DNA from: Paragordius varius
Taxonomy: Eukaryota > Animalia > Nematomorpha
NCBI GenBank assembly: GCA_964247055.1
Contig: OZ176052.1
Span: forward strand, 11,718,001 to 11,782,000
DNA: 64,000 nt
Direction of reading: 5' to 3'
The position numbers and the translations under genes were made by a program. The notes under the pieces were generated by a model, which saw nothing but the letters and a program-made list of their open reading frames with translations, had not been told where the DNA came from and did no database searches. Shown here one piece after another: positions 37,001 through 50,405 of the stretch (within the stretch, counting starts at the first letter, position 1; each line of letters opens with the position of its first letter).

Positions 37001-40000
37001 ATGTAAAATCTAATATATACCAGTTTTGATCCCAGAAATGGGGAATTATTATCACAATTAGTTAAATATGAATAATTTCTAGCATAATATTAATTTAATA
37101 TTTAATATCCCTATAACATATGGAGAGACATATTTTGAAAACTAATTTATATAACATCAATATTTAGATGGTGTCAAACCCATTGCACATGTTACACCTA
37201 TTATATCACATGTAATCAATAATAACGCAATATTAACCCCTCAAAATAATGAAAATAATTCTAAAATGATTAATAAACATCATTTATCGCCCACGGCTAA
37301 GAAAACACTCAGTCTTCTTACCCAAAAAAGGGATGAATTTAAACATGCTGCACTGTTAGCCAAACAGACTGGTAACATTCCACAAGCCAAAGAATATTTG
37401 AGAGCTATGAAGGTTCAAAATTTTATATAATTTATATATCTACTATTCGAAATTCAAATTTATCCTAAAGTGTTTTCGGGCTGTTATAACGCATTATTAA
37501 TATGAAACATATCTTTATGGCATACTTTATTATATTTCTGAGTATCATTTTAATTTTAAAGGAAATTATATTTTTTAAAAAATAAAAAGAGGTAATTTTT
37601 TATCTCAAAATATGCATAATTTATTTATTCATTTTAGGGTGAGTTTGAATCGTTTAAAGGTGAATATGAAGTGTATATACTATTTATATTAAATATTTTA
37701 TTTTGGAAAACAATTTTTTTTAAAAAATACATAAATAGGGGGTGATCTAATTAAATGGAAAATTGTATTTTATTGGTTGTTTTTATCATTTTATTACAAA
37801 GCAAATTTCATAAAAACCGATAAATGTTCCTTGTGTGAATAATTAATTTTAATATTATTTATAAAAAACGGTATAATACGGTTATAACTTGGTAGTTATA
37901 TTTTTCATAAAGGATACTATTCAAATTTTTATTTATTTTAATTTTTTACATCCAAAAAATTAGAGATTTGATCCATTAATTACTGCATGTATGGCAGGAC
38001 AAACTGTAGATATATCAACTTTACCCAAGAGTCCTCAAATTTTAAAAGGTGCTTCTGGTAATAAACTTTCGAATAAACGTAACTCCATTGCTCAATCTAA
38101 CATGCCTATTCAATCTTCATCACTAAATACCTTACCTTATTCAGTTTCCTCTAACGTTAAACGATTAAGTAATTGCAATTAATTACGTATAAAATATGTT
38201 TATAAAATACAAATATATTTTTAAAAAACTCACACAATTTTAAATATAACCTTATGATAAGAATCGTGAAATAATTGAGTCCTTACCGGTTTTTATATTA
38301 ATTATTTATTTAGCAACCCTAAGCGATAGGTTATAATAAAAAAATCAAGGTTAAAAAATATATTTCCGTTTCTTAAAATAAATTAGTCGTTTAATTTTTG
38401 CATCATGCTTTTATAATTGTAATTTTTGTCTATATTTTTAATTATTTTATTTTATTTAGTTTAATGTTTACATTTCAATATGATTTTTTGCAGGTATAAC
38501 GCCTGATATAGATGTCGGTATGCTGGAAAAAATATTAAAAGATCAGATTGGTATTTGTGCTAAAAATGCAACTTATTACAAACATAACGGAGATATGGTA
38601 TCTGCGCGGTATTTTGAAGATTTATCCTTAACTAGTCAACAAGGTTTTTTTTAATTTATTAAATATGATATAATAATTTAAATTTAAAATATTTAAAATT
38701 ATTCATGCATTAAATTATATATGGTTAGGTTTACAACGATTACGCCACTATAAACCATCTAATAATACCATTTATGAACCGTTGCAATATAGTCTTGAAG
38801 AAAAAATTATTCCCATAGTCAGGTAAATATTTGGCAGAAATGTAAATTTTATTTTTTTATATCTGGTATTTTTTATTTAGTATTTATTATTTTGTCCTAA
38901 ATTTTGTTGTATGTTGAAAAGTTAAACATTTTATTTATTTTTTACTACAAAAATCAAATTTTTTAGAAGCAATCTGGAACTCGGTGAAAATGACATGCTC
39001 CTAACCATAGTTCGAGGAATACATTATCAATCAAGTAAAACAATTTTTATTTTTCTTATTTTTTTAACAATAAATATAATTGGCTGGATTATTTTCCTAT
39101 GGAAATTTAATTTATTTTTTACTAATTAATATGGCACAAAATGGCATTTTTGCCCGAATATGAAAAGAGATGGCCATTGTTTTTTAGATATTTTTTGCTT
39201 TTCTAATAATTTATTTGTTTTTAATTATTTATAATATAATAAAACATGGCCAAAAACTACTTTTAAAAAACCAAAAACTAATATTTATACCCTGGTTTAT
39301 AAATCTTGTTTAATAAATTTAATATTTAAATATAGCTGCTCACAAAGAAATGGACACATACGTTAAATATGAATTCCCATATCCTACTGTAAGTATTTCA
39401 CACTTTAATTTAAGTAAACTTAATTTGTAAAAATATTATAGGCTTTAGCCCATATTCTGGTAATAGAAAAGACAAAATTTTTCCACAATTCGTTTCTTTA
39501 TAACTGGCTTAGTGGTCCATCAAATTTTTTTGTACATATATTGTTAGAGTTTAAATAATTAAATATTATAAGAAACATTAATAAATTAGTTTAAATGGAA
39601 GATATGGATAAAGTTGAGCCAACATAGATTCGGCTAAATATCATATAGGTGAATTATCTAATTACTGGATAACAGAATTTCGATTTGAATGTAAACATTT
39701 AGGATTTTTTAAATGTAATTTAGATAGGAGATATTTTTTAAGGGAGTTTATTTTTTAATATTTTTGTTACGCCTAATATAATTTTCGTTCAGTTAGTAGC
39801 ACTATATATTTTTACTATATCTCCAATATTGCGTTTAATTATGTCTCCTCCTTTAACAAATTTTAATAGAAATATTGGTTAAAATTAAAATTATGGGTTT
39901 ATTTTATTATCATTAGGATTTTAAACCTTTCTTAATCATAAATTAAATTCGTTCTTAACCTGATAAAATACAGTCAGTATGTAAACAAATTTGTTAAAAT

Positions 40001-41323
40001 ATCTCAAATATTTTATATTGAAGATGTTAATATATAAACTATTGTTTTATTTTGGTTCACATAAGATTAATTAAATGTGTTTTTCAAATTTTTTAGGCTA
40101 CAGCACAACACGACAAGACTTCCATCATTTACGGTACAAATAACCCAGGTAAAAATTATACATTGTAACAATAAAAATTTAATGAATATCAGGATTACTA
40201 AAACCCACACACGATATTTATTTTATGAATGTTTGTAATAATTAATGTAGTCTAGACTAGACTTTAGACAAGTTTAATGGGATAATTGTTTATGGTTTTT
40301 TACTTATTGAAGGGGTTAATTATATTTTTGTACCCTAATATTGGTATTACTTTGCTTATTTTTTATGTTGTTGTGCATGAAAACACAGCATTAACAATGT
40401 TTGTTTATAGCCTAATAATGCTTTTAAACTTGAATTTTGAGGTGACCTTGCTTTTTAGGCTTTTTTTTAACTGAAAATTAATCGCGTTTTATGCAAAATA
40501 TTTTGATATAAAATCATATTAGTTGATGGAAATATTGGAATATAAATTTAATCAATAAATTATTTGAAGTATTTTGTGAGGTGTCATTAAAATAGATTAA
40601 AGGTTTTATTTTATTTTTTATGGTTTTTTTATGAATAATTAATGGTTAATGCATCTATTTCTTTTATTTAAACACCCAAAAATCGTAATTTATTACATGA
40701 TTGTAGAATACAATCAAAAGTTTCAAATAAATATTGATCGAAAGTCCCGAGCCTTACACAGAGTATTCAAACGATTATCAATCAAATTTGAAATTTACCT
40801 TAAAGGGTGAGATTACTTTTATTTTATAATCAAGGATATATTTATTTAAAAAATTGTTTTTTGAAGGTGCGCTTCATAAAATTATTGGATTTTATTGGTG
40901 CCGAATCGATAAAATTGTTATAATGTTTTAGAAATATTACAAATTAATTAAAAATTACCAGATAAAACGGATTTCAGTTGATTGCTTTATAATGTAAAAA
41001 AACTACAACAGTAATAAAATTTAAGGCCCTTTTAAACACACACCATACCTTCATTATTTAATTAACAGAGTTAATTATTACTGTATGTTTTTAGGGGATT
41101 GTTTCGTTTCATTAGTGGCGATCAGCTGTTTGGGAGAATAAATTTTAAATTGGCACCGTTTGAATCTGAAACATGTACACTACACACCTGTTTACCTATT
41201 ATGGACCCAAACAATTCTAGGAAAGAGGTTGGTGGAAAGCTTGAAATTATAATCAAGATGAGAGACCCTTTGCTCAAAAAACAGATTGAGGAAACGAAAC
41301 GAGATTGGCTTACTATATCCTAA
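34033..41323 (+). CDS. CC2D1: CC2D1A/B (Lethal giant discs) homologue: DM14 repeats + C2 domain
   Basis: Acidic N-terminus DEDPDIL|NELNLL. DM14 repeats ILDDRYKLYQEALQIAESNNDASKVKRINRGI, LEIRASVYLEAQQKATEASKNRRMGRIHKQY and LTQKRDEFKHAALLAKQTGNIPQAKEYLRAMK|RFDPLITACMAGQTVDISTLP. C2 domain DTYVKYEFPYP...FQINIDRKSRALHRVFKR..IKFEIYLKG|GLFR...RKEVGGKLEIIIKMRDPL...WLTIS*. Start codon tentative. Confidence 0.9.
34808..35539. mobile_element. hAT MITE carrying a nested family-B MITE, in CC2D1 intron 3
   Basis: Ends CAGAGGTCTTTAACATGCGGCCG / GTGTTGGACACCCCTG; degenerate 8-bp TSD TTTTGAAT / TTTTAAAA. Confidence 0.75.
34874..35348. mobile_element. piggyBac-like MITE family B, copy 2 (nested)
   Basis: TAAA|CGCTTCATTACCTTT ... 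AAAGGTGATGAAGTG|TTAA; internal homology to 28432 and 57521. Confidence 0.75.
37613..37685. mobile_element. Foldback MITE family C, right-arm fragment in a CC2D1 intron
   Basis: CATAATTTATT...TTTTAGGGTGAGTTTGAATCGTTTAAAGGTGAATATGAAGTGTA matches the family C right arm. Confidence 0.55.
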
Positions 41324-41889
41324 TATAACATTATATGTGTAATAATTAGAATAAATTTTATCATATATTCAATATTTGTATTATTGTTTAGCTGGGATAT
41401 CAGAGTTACTTACCAGTGTTGTTTTTGATTCAATTTTAGCGTCAATGATTCCTTATTATATATTTATTATTTCAAGGGCGCATGTATTGATTTTTCGTTA
41501 AGTTCCGCGCAAAAAATCAGATAAAGTTTTGTGTAATCCATTGCATTTTTAAGCCTTTCTTGTATTTGCTTTAAACAAAACCTGATGAAAGTATATAGTA
41601 ATTTATATTATTTTTCTTAAAGGTTTTTTTATCCCACATAATTAATGTGTTTAATAAACAATTTTTACCTCAAGCTTTGCAACCTTTTTCACGCCAATTA
41701 AAAAGGCTAATCAGGCATAGAGAGAGAGTAGCTGAAATTAAATGATCAATATAATATAATTATAAATGATCTATAAATAAAATCTTTTAATTTATTCGAT
41801 ATAATTCTTTATTGTGTTAGTATTTATTTAAAATTAATACTAGTATAACAATTAATATTATTTTGATATCATTATAAATATATATGTAT

Positions 41890-42846
41890 TTACATTAAAT
41901 ATATCTCTTGATATGGCAAAGAAAATACTAAACCCGTCGGCGTTAAAGAGTGTTGTTCCTCACTGGGTACTACACTTTTGAGCGGCTGAATCGTTTGTTT
42001 TTGCATAACATGATGAGGATTATTATTGAATAGCTCAGAATTTTCATAAACTCCATCTCCTCCTCCTCCTAAGCTAGGATTTAGAATTTGACCTTCTGTC
42101 GCACCAGTTTTTTCAATTACAACTTGTGGGATACTTAAACCATTAAGTTCGAACTTGAGTTGAGAATACACAGGGGGTGGTTGTTCCTCAATTGTGCTGG
42201 AAAGCATGGAACTTGAGACACGCCGTATTCGATTAACGATTGGGTTAATGAGTGTTTCTGAACTTCGACGCAAAAACCGCGCTCCACTTTGAATGAGGGA
42301 ACCATTTAAATTGTTTAACAAACATTCCTGATAACTTGGTGGTTTATCACTTTCACTCACATGTCGTTCTCCACGCGTCGGTTTGCTTTGACGAGCCGCT
42401 CCAGTTCGATCCTGTAAAATTCGATCAATCAAATTACCGGCACGTCTAAAAGATGAAGAACCTTGTCGATGATTAATACCATCCTCTAAACCAGCACCCT
42501 GTTGTCTTCCACACATATTTCCATACATGAAAAAATTGTAGCAAGCCATAGTCGTACCTATGAGAAGCATTAGCGGCCCCGTAAAAAACATAAAATAATT
42601 GGTGGGTGGACAAAATTTTTGGGCATAACACCGTTGGTCCCCTGAATTGGTGTGGAGAAATACGTAGGTGGTTAGGAACAAACCCCAAGCTATAAGAGCA
42701 AAAGATATGGCATATTTCCAACGCCTTTTCCGCAACACAGTTGCGGCATTTTGGTAATTATTATAGTTGCTACTATGAATAACATGCCCCACTAATTGTT
42801 GATGAGCCTGAGACGCATGCTGCGGATTTCGATTAATAGGCAACAT
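41890..42846 (-). CDS. Orphan single-ORF two-transmembrane protein (318 aa) with two PPxY motifs
   Basis: 957-bp ORF with GC content above its flanks. TM1 WKYAISFALIAWGLFLTTYVFL, short Cys-pair loop, TM2 YFMFFTGPLMLLIGTTMACYNFF; tail contains DKPPSYQECL and QPPPVYSQL. Confidence 0.8.
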   Translation of the reverse strand: MLPINRNPQHASQAHQQLVGHVIHSSNYNNYQNAATVLRKRRWKYAISFALIAWGLFLTTYVFLHTNSGDQRCYAQKFCPPTNYFMFFTGPLMLLIGTTMACYNFFMYGNMCGRQQGAGLEDGINHRQGSSSFRRAGNLIDRILQDRTGAARQSKPTRGERHVSESDKPPSYQECLLNNLNGSLIQSGARFLRRSSETLINPIVNRIRRVSSSMLSSTIEEQPPPVYSQLKFELNGLSIPQVVIEKTGATEGQILNPSLGGGGDGVYENSELFNNNPHHVMQKQTIQPLKSVVPSEEQHSLTPTGLVFSLPYQEIYLM

Positions 42847-44989
42847 GAAGGGGCGCCGTAATACTATAATTAATAATTGATGGATTATTATTTGGTTTTT
42901 AAAACGTATTTTGGTGTATCGATAAGAATAAATATGGCATTGGGTCCATTTAAACTATTTATTATCTCTGTATGGAATAGGGGGTGTGGAGGAATGTTTG
43001 TGGCTATACACAAACAACCTTAAAATTCGTTTTGTAGACGAAAAAAAGTTAATTTTAATTAAATTTGGGGGAAAAAAATTAGGCAAAAATCACAACAAGA
43101 TTTCGCAAATCTCTGAGAGACACAAAGAATAACGTCAATTTTGGTTTAAAGAATCACATAATTGTTTGGCATAATACTTAAATGAGCTTTTATAAGCTTT
43201 GTTCGCAAAAATATAATATGTTATATTAACAATTCATAAACAATGTTATGTATATACATACATACACATTGTATGTATAACACAAACAAATTTTGACAAT
43301 GCTTTTTTAAATCTATATGTATATAACACTAATTTCACAAAAATAGCCTACGGTAATCATGGTAGGTCATAAAATAATAAACAGTAATAATACTTTATTA
43401 TTGCAAAATCTTAATGTTAATAGTGTCGCTTTTTGTTTTTAGCTTACTTTCATTTTGTAACTATAATTTCTGTTTTAAGACTTATAAAGGTAGAAAAAAA
43501 CCACTTTGACTTGTCATTAACTAATGACAACACATACACAATGTTTCAACAATTAATCAATCGATTTAAGTTGGCAAACGGTTATAAATTGAAAAACGTA
43601 ATGGCTAATTAGTAACACTTTTTTGTTCTTGATCGCAATTCAAAACTATGAAATGTACTAATTTAATTTCTTTTAGCAGTCTTTTTTTGAAAACCGTAAA
43701 CCATCAATCTGTCATATTCAGAAAAAATGATTATCCCGGTTGAGTGACGCCACAATTAGTTGACACATTCTTTTGCAAAACTATTCGTATTTGCTATGCG
43801 AAAAATCTAAAATTTACCATTGTAGTACGATTAACAAAACGCAAAAGAGAGATGAGTTATGCTTAAATATTTAGAAATTGTATTATCATATAAAAACACG
43901 CAAAGACTCATCCTCATTGTATAAATATTTAAAAAAATTCTTGTGATTTTTTTATTTGAGGAATAAGTAATATACACTTAGAAATGCTAAAATTTTAATA
44001 ATACTTTTATGCCTCATCATTTGACGACTGCGTGTGACAAAAATATAAGATAAACCATTTCAAAGTTTCAAATGTATCCGGAACTAACATTTTCAGATTA
44101 TAAATCATGGGTATATTAAGAATTTATCTTGCGCCTTCTATGAGGCGAAATTTCCAAATATCTAATAAATTTTAAGGGCGCCTTAAAGTAATTTTAGCAG
44201 GCGTCTAATAGTTTTAAGTCAAAGATTTAATTTATATATGGTTATTATCAATTATTTTGCAAAATATTTTAATTCGATTTTTTGATAAAAATGAGAATAG
44301 TTTAAAAAACGACAGACAAACCAATAGATTTTTTTAGCTTAAGCCCGTTATTAATCATAATATATATCGGGTATAATTTTTAATATATATAAATTATAGA
44401 GTCCATAAGTTTCGTTTTCAAAGCTTATTAGATGACTTGCAAATAAATAACAAATCGTTGTAATATTTAAAATCGAGATCTTTTTATAATATTTAAATGT
44501 GTAATGACGCTTCCGGCTAAGTACATTTTAAGAAAATACTCAGTTATTTAATTTAACCCATGTGAATATATATTATCTGAATGCTATTTCTCAGAAAAAC
44601 TGCCTGATGACTTATAATTTAAATAATTAAAAATGTAGCTAATATTAACAAAATATTTTAACTTGCAACGTATTATCGGATGAATTCATATTTGATAACT
44701 TTTTAAGTATTATAATAATATATGGTAAGGTAGTTAATTTATAATAAAATCTTAAATTATAGACCAATTGTGGAAAAGGTTTATTATATTAACGTCTAAT
44801 AAATTATATTGAAACAAATTTAAATTAAAATGATTTTAATATATAAAAATGTTCAAAACTTTTGGCATAAAACTAAAAGTGTAATTTGAGAGATATATAA
44901 ACATAGGTTTTTAGCGGTTTTTTGGTAAAAAAACTCGCAATTTTGCAAAAAAAATCAATTATTTATTTTATTCAAAATATCGTCCAAAA

Positions 44990-45135
44990 GGAGATGTGAT
45001 GGTATAGTACTATGCGCCTGACTCTTACACTGCGTGCCAGAGTTTGAACCCCAAAACTATGCAATTTTTCCATCATCACTGTCAGTCCTGGGCAGGCGAG
45101 TGTTAAAGCCTTAACAATTCAGGAAAAAATTTAAG
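44990..45135 (+). mobile_element. Possible decayed tRNA-derived SINE head
   Basis: A-box-like TGGTATAGT and B-box-like GAGTTTGAACC about 40 bp apart in a GC-richer island; does not fold into a full cloverleaf. Confidence 0.35.
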
Positions 45136-45284
45136 TCCTTACCCATTAATAAAAAAGAAAAAAAAGACTCTAGTTATTGTCCACAGCTTTTTAGCCCTCG
45201 CATTAATATAAAATTGCCATAACCAAAAAAACTGTTACGCATTAATATAAAAATGCCATAACCAGAAAAACTGTTAGTATTTTA

Positions 45285-45700
45285 TGGCAAACCATTGCTT
45301 GCCAAAGCGATTTGGCTTTGGTGCGGATGAAACGGCTTAATTTTTCCGCCTTGGATTTACCAAATAAATCCGTTTCCCATTACCCGTCACTATTCGGTGG
45401 AATAATGATTTCCTTTCGTGATGTTGAAACAGAATTTTACAAGCCTGCAATTTTCGATTTGTTCATTCAGATTGTGTGGAGCCCATGAATGATCTTTTCC
45501 ATTGTTCCTAATCTATTGATTGTTTTTTGTGATCCATGCTTCTATGATGGCAATACGTGCCGCAAATGTATTTCACGCACAAAATTTGTCATGAGTGAAC
45601 GATAATGATTCAACTTGACTGTTCATTTAATGTTTGATGAACAAAATGGATTGATTCTCACATTAATTGTCTGCCTACTTTTCACTTGTGTTAAACAGGT
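45285..45700 (-). pseudogene. Mariner transposase relic
   Basis: Minus-strand peptides WAPHNLNEQ (cf. WVPHEL) and, after a frameshift, HRIVTGNGKRIYLVNPRRK*...PKPNRFGK (cf. HRIVTGDEKWIYY.NP.RK...AKPNRFGKK). Confidence 0.75.
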
Positions 45701-45924
45701 AATGATTTATGATTGCTCCTAAGTGCGTTTTTGAATGATACCAGGGCAGCATATAAATTTAAATTCCAATCAATAATCCACAACAAATATTTACCAGGTG
45801 GACTACTATATCGCTAATTACAAAATGTAACAAAAGATATGAGTGTTATTAACGATACATAAACTAAGAAACTTAAAGTTAAACCGTAACTTAACACTTC
45901 TATTCAATAGATGATATTATTATA

Positions 45925-46365
45925 AAACTACTGAAAGGAACGGTTCCAACTTAAATTTATGCATCTATCCTAAAATTTATATAAATACAAAATATCTAAA
46001 AAAAATTTCATTAAAAAAACTCCATATTAAACTGGTTCGTCCCAATTTTTATTTTACCGCATTTTAGTTATCGTGTTTTTGAATTATATTTTTATTAAAA
46101 TCACCTCTAAAATTACAATAAAAAAGGTGTTTTTTGGTTGTTTTTATTAGCTTGGTAACATGTCATGTTGACTAAATCTTCAAGTTTATCCAAAAAATAA
46201 GTATTATCAAATTTTTGATTGATATTTTCTATATTTCGGTGCATCAATGTTGCATAAGTGCAAACTTTTGCAATGGTTTTTATTTATTCCGTATCTTTTG
46301 AAATATTTGATTTTATTCAGACCAACACCAATTACCCCAATTTCATCGAATGACTGAGAATGTTG
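45925..46365 (-). mobile_element. piggyBac-like MITE family A, old diverged copy
   Basis: Reverse complement aligns to the family A interior (TTCGAT..AATTGGGGTA, ATTTAGTCAAC.TGACATG, TAGGATAGA.GCATAAATTTAA...GGAACCGTT.CTTTCAGTAG); termini eroded. Confidence 0.6.
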
Positions 46366-47776
46366 CTATTATTATAAAATTTATAATAATTTTGGTCTTT
46401 TTAAATCCTAAATTTTGATAAGCTAAAAATAGATCAAAAAATTCTAACATAAAGATTTATATAAATATAGAAGGCCTTATGGACACATCCTGGTTTTTCT
46501 GCAACGCAAACATAAAGTCTTAACGGGTTTCTTAAAATTATTTATAGAATTGTATTAAAAGGTTTAAAGTTATTAAGGTTATGATTTCATAATCATATCT
46601 GGAATCAAAATTATCTAACAAACTAATATGAGCGTTAATTTGATAGCCCAAAAAATATTTCCATATTGGGTAATAAAGTCAAAAAAGCGCCTTTTATTAT
46701 TTAAAAATATCAAATAAATTTCACATAAAGATAGCTCTAACTAAATATATTATTTTTTACTATAATATTAAAGACTATAAATTAAAGGTGTATATAATTT
46801 TTTAAAAATTATAAACTCTATTTATCAAAACTGACAACAGACACAAAGGCGATTTTTTAAATTATAAGGTATATTATTTGCTGAGCGTTTTGATATAATG
46901 TGTAAATATGAATAGGTATTTATAAAGTGATTAATGATTCATGCAGTAATGGACTATTGCTGTATTGGATTATATTCTCATTTTTTGTCCGCGAAGACAT
47001 TTTGGGGTAGGACCCCACGATTACAAATAGGAAATAAACTACTTTCAAGGTTGCGTAAGTTAAAATTTAATTACAAAACCCTTCCCGTATAGGATTAACA
47101 TATAATTCTTACAGTTTTAAGAGTCCCAAATTCAAACACACCATATGAACGAACTGCTGATATTTAAATCAATTCCAGAGTCATTTACTTAATTTACAAC
47201 CATTATATATGGTTTGCATTAGTGTGAAAAAATGAAAGAAAATTGACGGCAAAGAGCCTCTGATATTTTATATCATACGCTCAAAAGGCTAAAAAAGCAT
47301 AATTTTAAAATAAACCAATTTTAAAAATATTTTTTATAAGTAATTGACCCTGAATACAAAACTACCCCAATATATCATTTTACTTCTTTTTAGATGTTAT
47401 TTTAAGGAAGTTTTGCCTTTAAACTTGTAAACAAACATCTGTTTTGAGAAATGATTCGCTTATTTCTTATAATTTTTTGGAACGATACAGCTTAAATAAG
47501 ATGAATATAATCAAATCTAGCCTATGAAATACTTTTTAAATGCCAGGATCGTAAAATCCTACACCAAAAGGCACTGGTGATTTAATGTAGAGGCATTTAA
47601 TATTTTAAATATATCAATATTTTAGTTATATCTACTTCGTATTTAATCTAAAAATCTATCTGCTTGTATTTACGAAAAATATTTTCATATGAATTTTAGA
47701 AAAGATAATTTATAATAAAGTTTAAGCACAATTTTTGTGCAGTTGCAGTATATCAGATTGCCTGCTATTGATACTG

Positions 47777-50371
47777 ATGAATGGGTCTTGTAACGATCTA
47801 CAAAATATATTAAACGATTTGCAGGAATTGGAATTGCAACTTAATTCTGAAATAAATGCTAATCCACATACAGATAAAGCTAATTACCATTGTTCAAGTT
47901 TTATATAATTAATATTAAGATTCTTCTAATTTTATTCCCACCAATAAGTGTGATCACGAAATAGATTCTGCCTATTCTGATGATGTATCTAATAATAGTC
48001 TAGGCGCTAACAAGACGTCATCTTCTGTAGGTTGCGATGAGTTTAATAGTTATGAGACTCGGATAAGTCGACTTAGTTGTGATAACTTTACAAATTCACA
48101 AGTATATGATAATTATGCCATTTTAAATTTTATCTAAACTACTTACTCTCTAAATTTTTAACTTTTTATTTAAATTTTATTAGTTTAAATCCGTATCCCC
48201 ATTTGGTGCTCCAAATCTAATTCATAGCAATTTAAATCACAAATCCGATCGTTATTCTTCTAATTCTTACAGTCCTAATATCAATTTGTCGACAAAATCT
48301 AACAATATTAAAACATACGGATTAAGTAATGGTCTCACACATTTTAATGAAAGTGGTAACAATGGAAATTTTACTATTGAAAGCGATAGCAACAAAAAAA
48401 CGAATGATATTAATTCTCATGATATTTCCGAAAAAGAGATAAAGATACAAATTGCGCTACAAAAGTTAAAAGAGGCCAACATCAAAAAGGTTTTTCTTTT
48501 ACATAATTAAAAATGTGGTTTAAGGCTAGTACGTAGTAATAAGTAGATAGGATATTCTTTATATCGTTGTTTTTATAAAATACAATTTTTAAACTTTTTG
48601 CCAAGCGTAATATGATACCTTCCAAATTATGGATTCTGAATGAGTCTTTTAACTATTCCACCTCTCAATGATAATTAAATTAAAAAAGTGACCTAAAAAT
48701 CGATTTTTTGTCCATTGACACAGATATCCAACATAAGGCAGTGTGTATGCCTATCCTAATTATAATCATCCTAATAATTCACTTATGTCAATAACGTCAT
48801 TTTTTAGAGACAGATATAATTCATCATACAGTTTAGTTCATTAATTCTTTATATCATTTAAATTTTGAAATATTTTTGCACATGTTATACGAAATTAGGA
48901 TTGATAAATTCTATCAGGGATGTCCAACACGCTTTTTTGGACTGGCAAAAGTTTTATAATAAATGTTAAAAAAATAAAAAATTGGATTACAATCAAAAAT
49001 TCACTATTATTCAATATCACCCAAAATTTGGCTTAAAATAAATAAAAAAAACCAAAAATTAACAAAGCAGCGCGAAAATATAATTTTTCCGTTATTAGCC
49101 AAAATAAAATAATCGCATTTTTATCGCATATTAGGTCAAATAAAATTAAATACAATATAGATGAAAACATGTCAACTATATATTTATTTGTTTTAATAAA
49201 GCAAAAGGATTATTCGAAAAATTTATAATAACAAAAATTTTATATTTTTTGGAGGCTCTCAGAAAGATTTACACCATAAGCTAAAAACTTTATAAAAGAA
49301 AATTTTTTGGTAATTTGCCCCAAAGCGGAAGCTCAGTAGAATTTTTACAAAACATTCAATACATATGTTATAAATGCATTTTCCATACAATTGGTCGATG
49401 CTTAAAAAGATCGATAGACTAAATTTTTAATTTGGAGTATATTTATGCCCTAAAGCCGGTATTAAAAGCCGAATGGCGCCCAAAATATTTAATCAAGATT
49501 TTCGGGTAAAAATTTAAAAATCTGAGATGATAAATCTAATTTTTTTCATCGAGTATATTTTCATTTTTTATTATATAAATTTTAGATGTATGTCAAGGTT
49601 TACATGAGAGACGGTGGTGCCAAATGTCTACTGGTTGATGAAAATCAGACTTGTGGTCAAATTTGTCGCATTTTAGTCGAAAAGAATCACATTAAACAAC
49701 AGAATGAACAAATTGGTATTTTAACAAACGAAACTCTATCAAGCATAGCAAATTGGACGCTTATCGAACACCTTCCAGACTTGTATATGGGTAAAAATTG
49801 TTAGATACATTATATCTTAAAATTAATAAATTAAATAAAGCCGTAGATTTCTATTGTAATTAAATATGTTTTAATTGTTTATACAATTATTGTCCCCTAT
49901 ATGATTGTAACTAAAAGTAGAGTAGTATTAGCAAGATTGCTGAAATTGTATTTTTATGTTTTGTTTAAATTCTAAAATGGGTTAACCAAAATATTGGTGC
50001 GTCTTATGCGCAAAAAAATATTTTTTTATATTGGAGGTTTTAAATATATAATATTTTCATATTTTAAAATGATTTAAATGTATGCTGCATGATATCACAA
50101 GCCATAGATTTTTTACAAACATAAAACTTTGATACCGGTAATATAACGGTAGTTATCTATAGTTTTTGAAATCTTGGGCCATTTTTACACTGTTTTTTCA
50201 TTTAGCTTTTGATTTATAGATTATTTTAGCTTTGTTGTATTAATTTATATATATATATAATATATATATATTAAATTTTGGATGATTCATTCCTGCATTC
50301 ATTTTAGCACTCTGATATTGGCAAAAAGATTATTATTTGATATTTTACTTAATATTATGTAAACGATTTAG

Positions 50372-50405
<34 letters not shown>

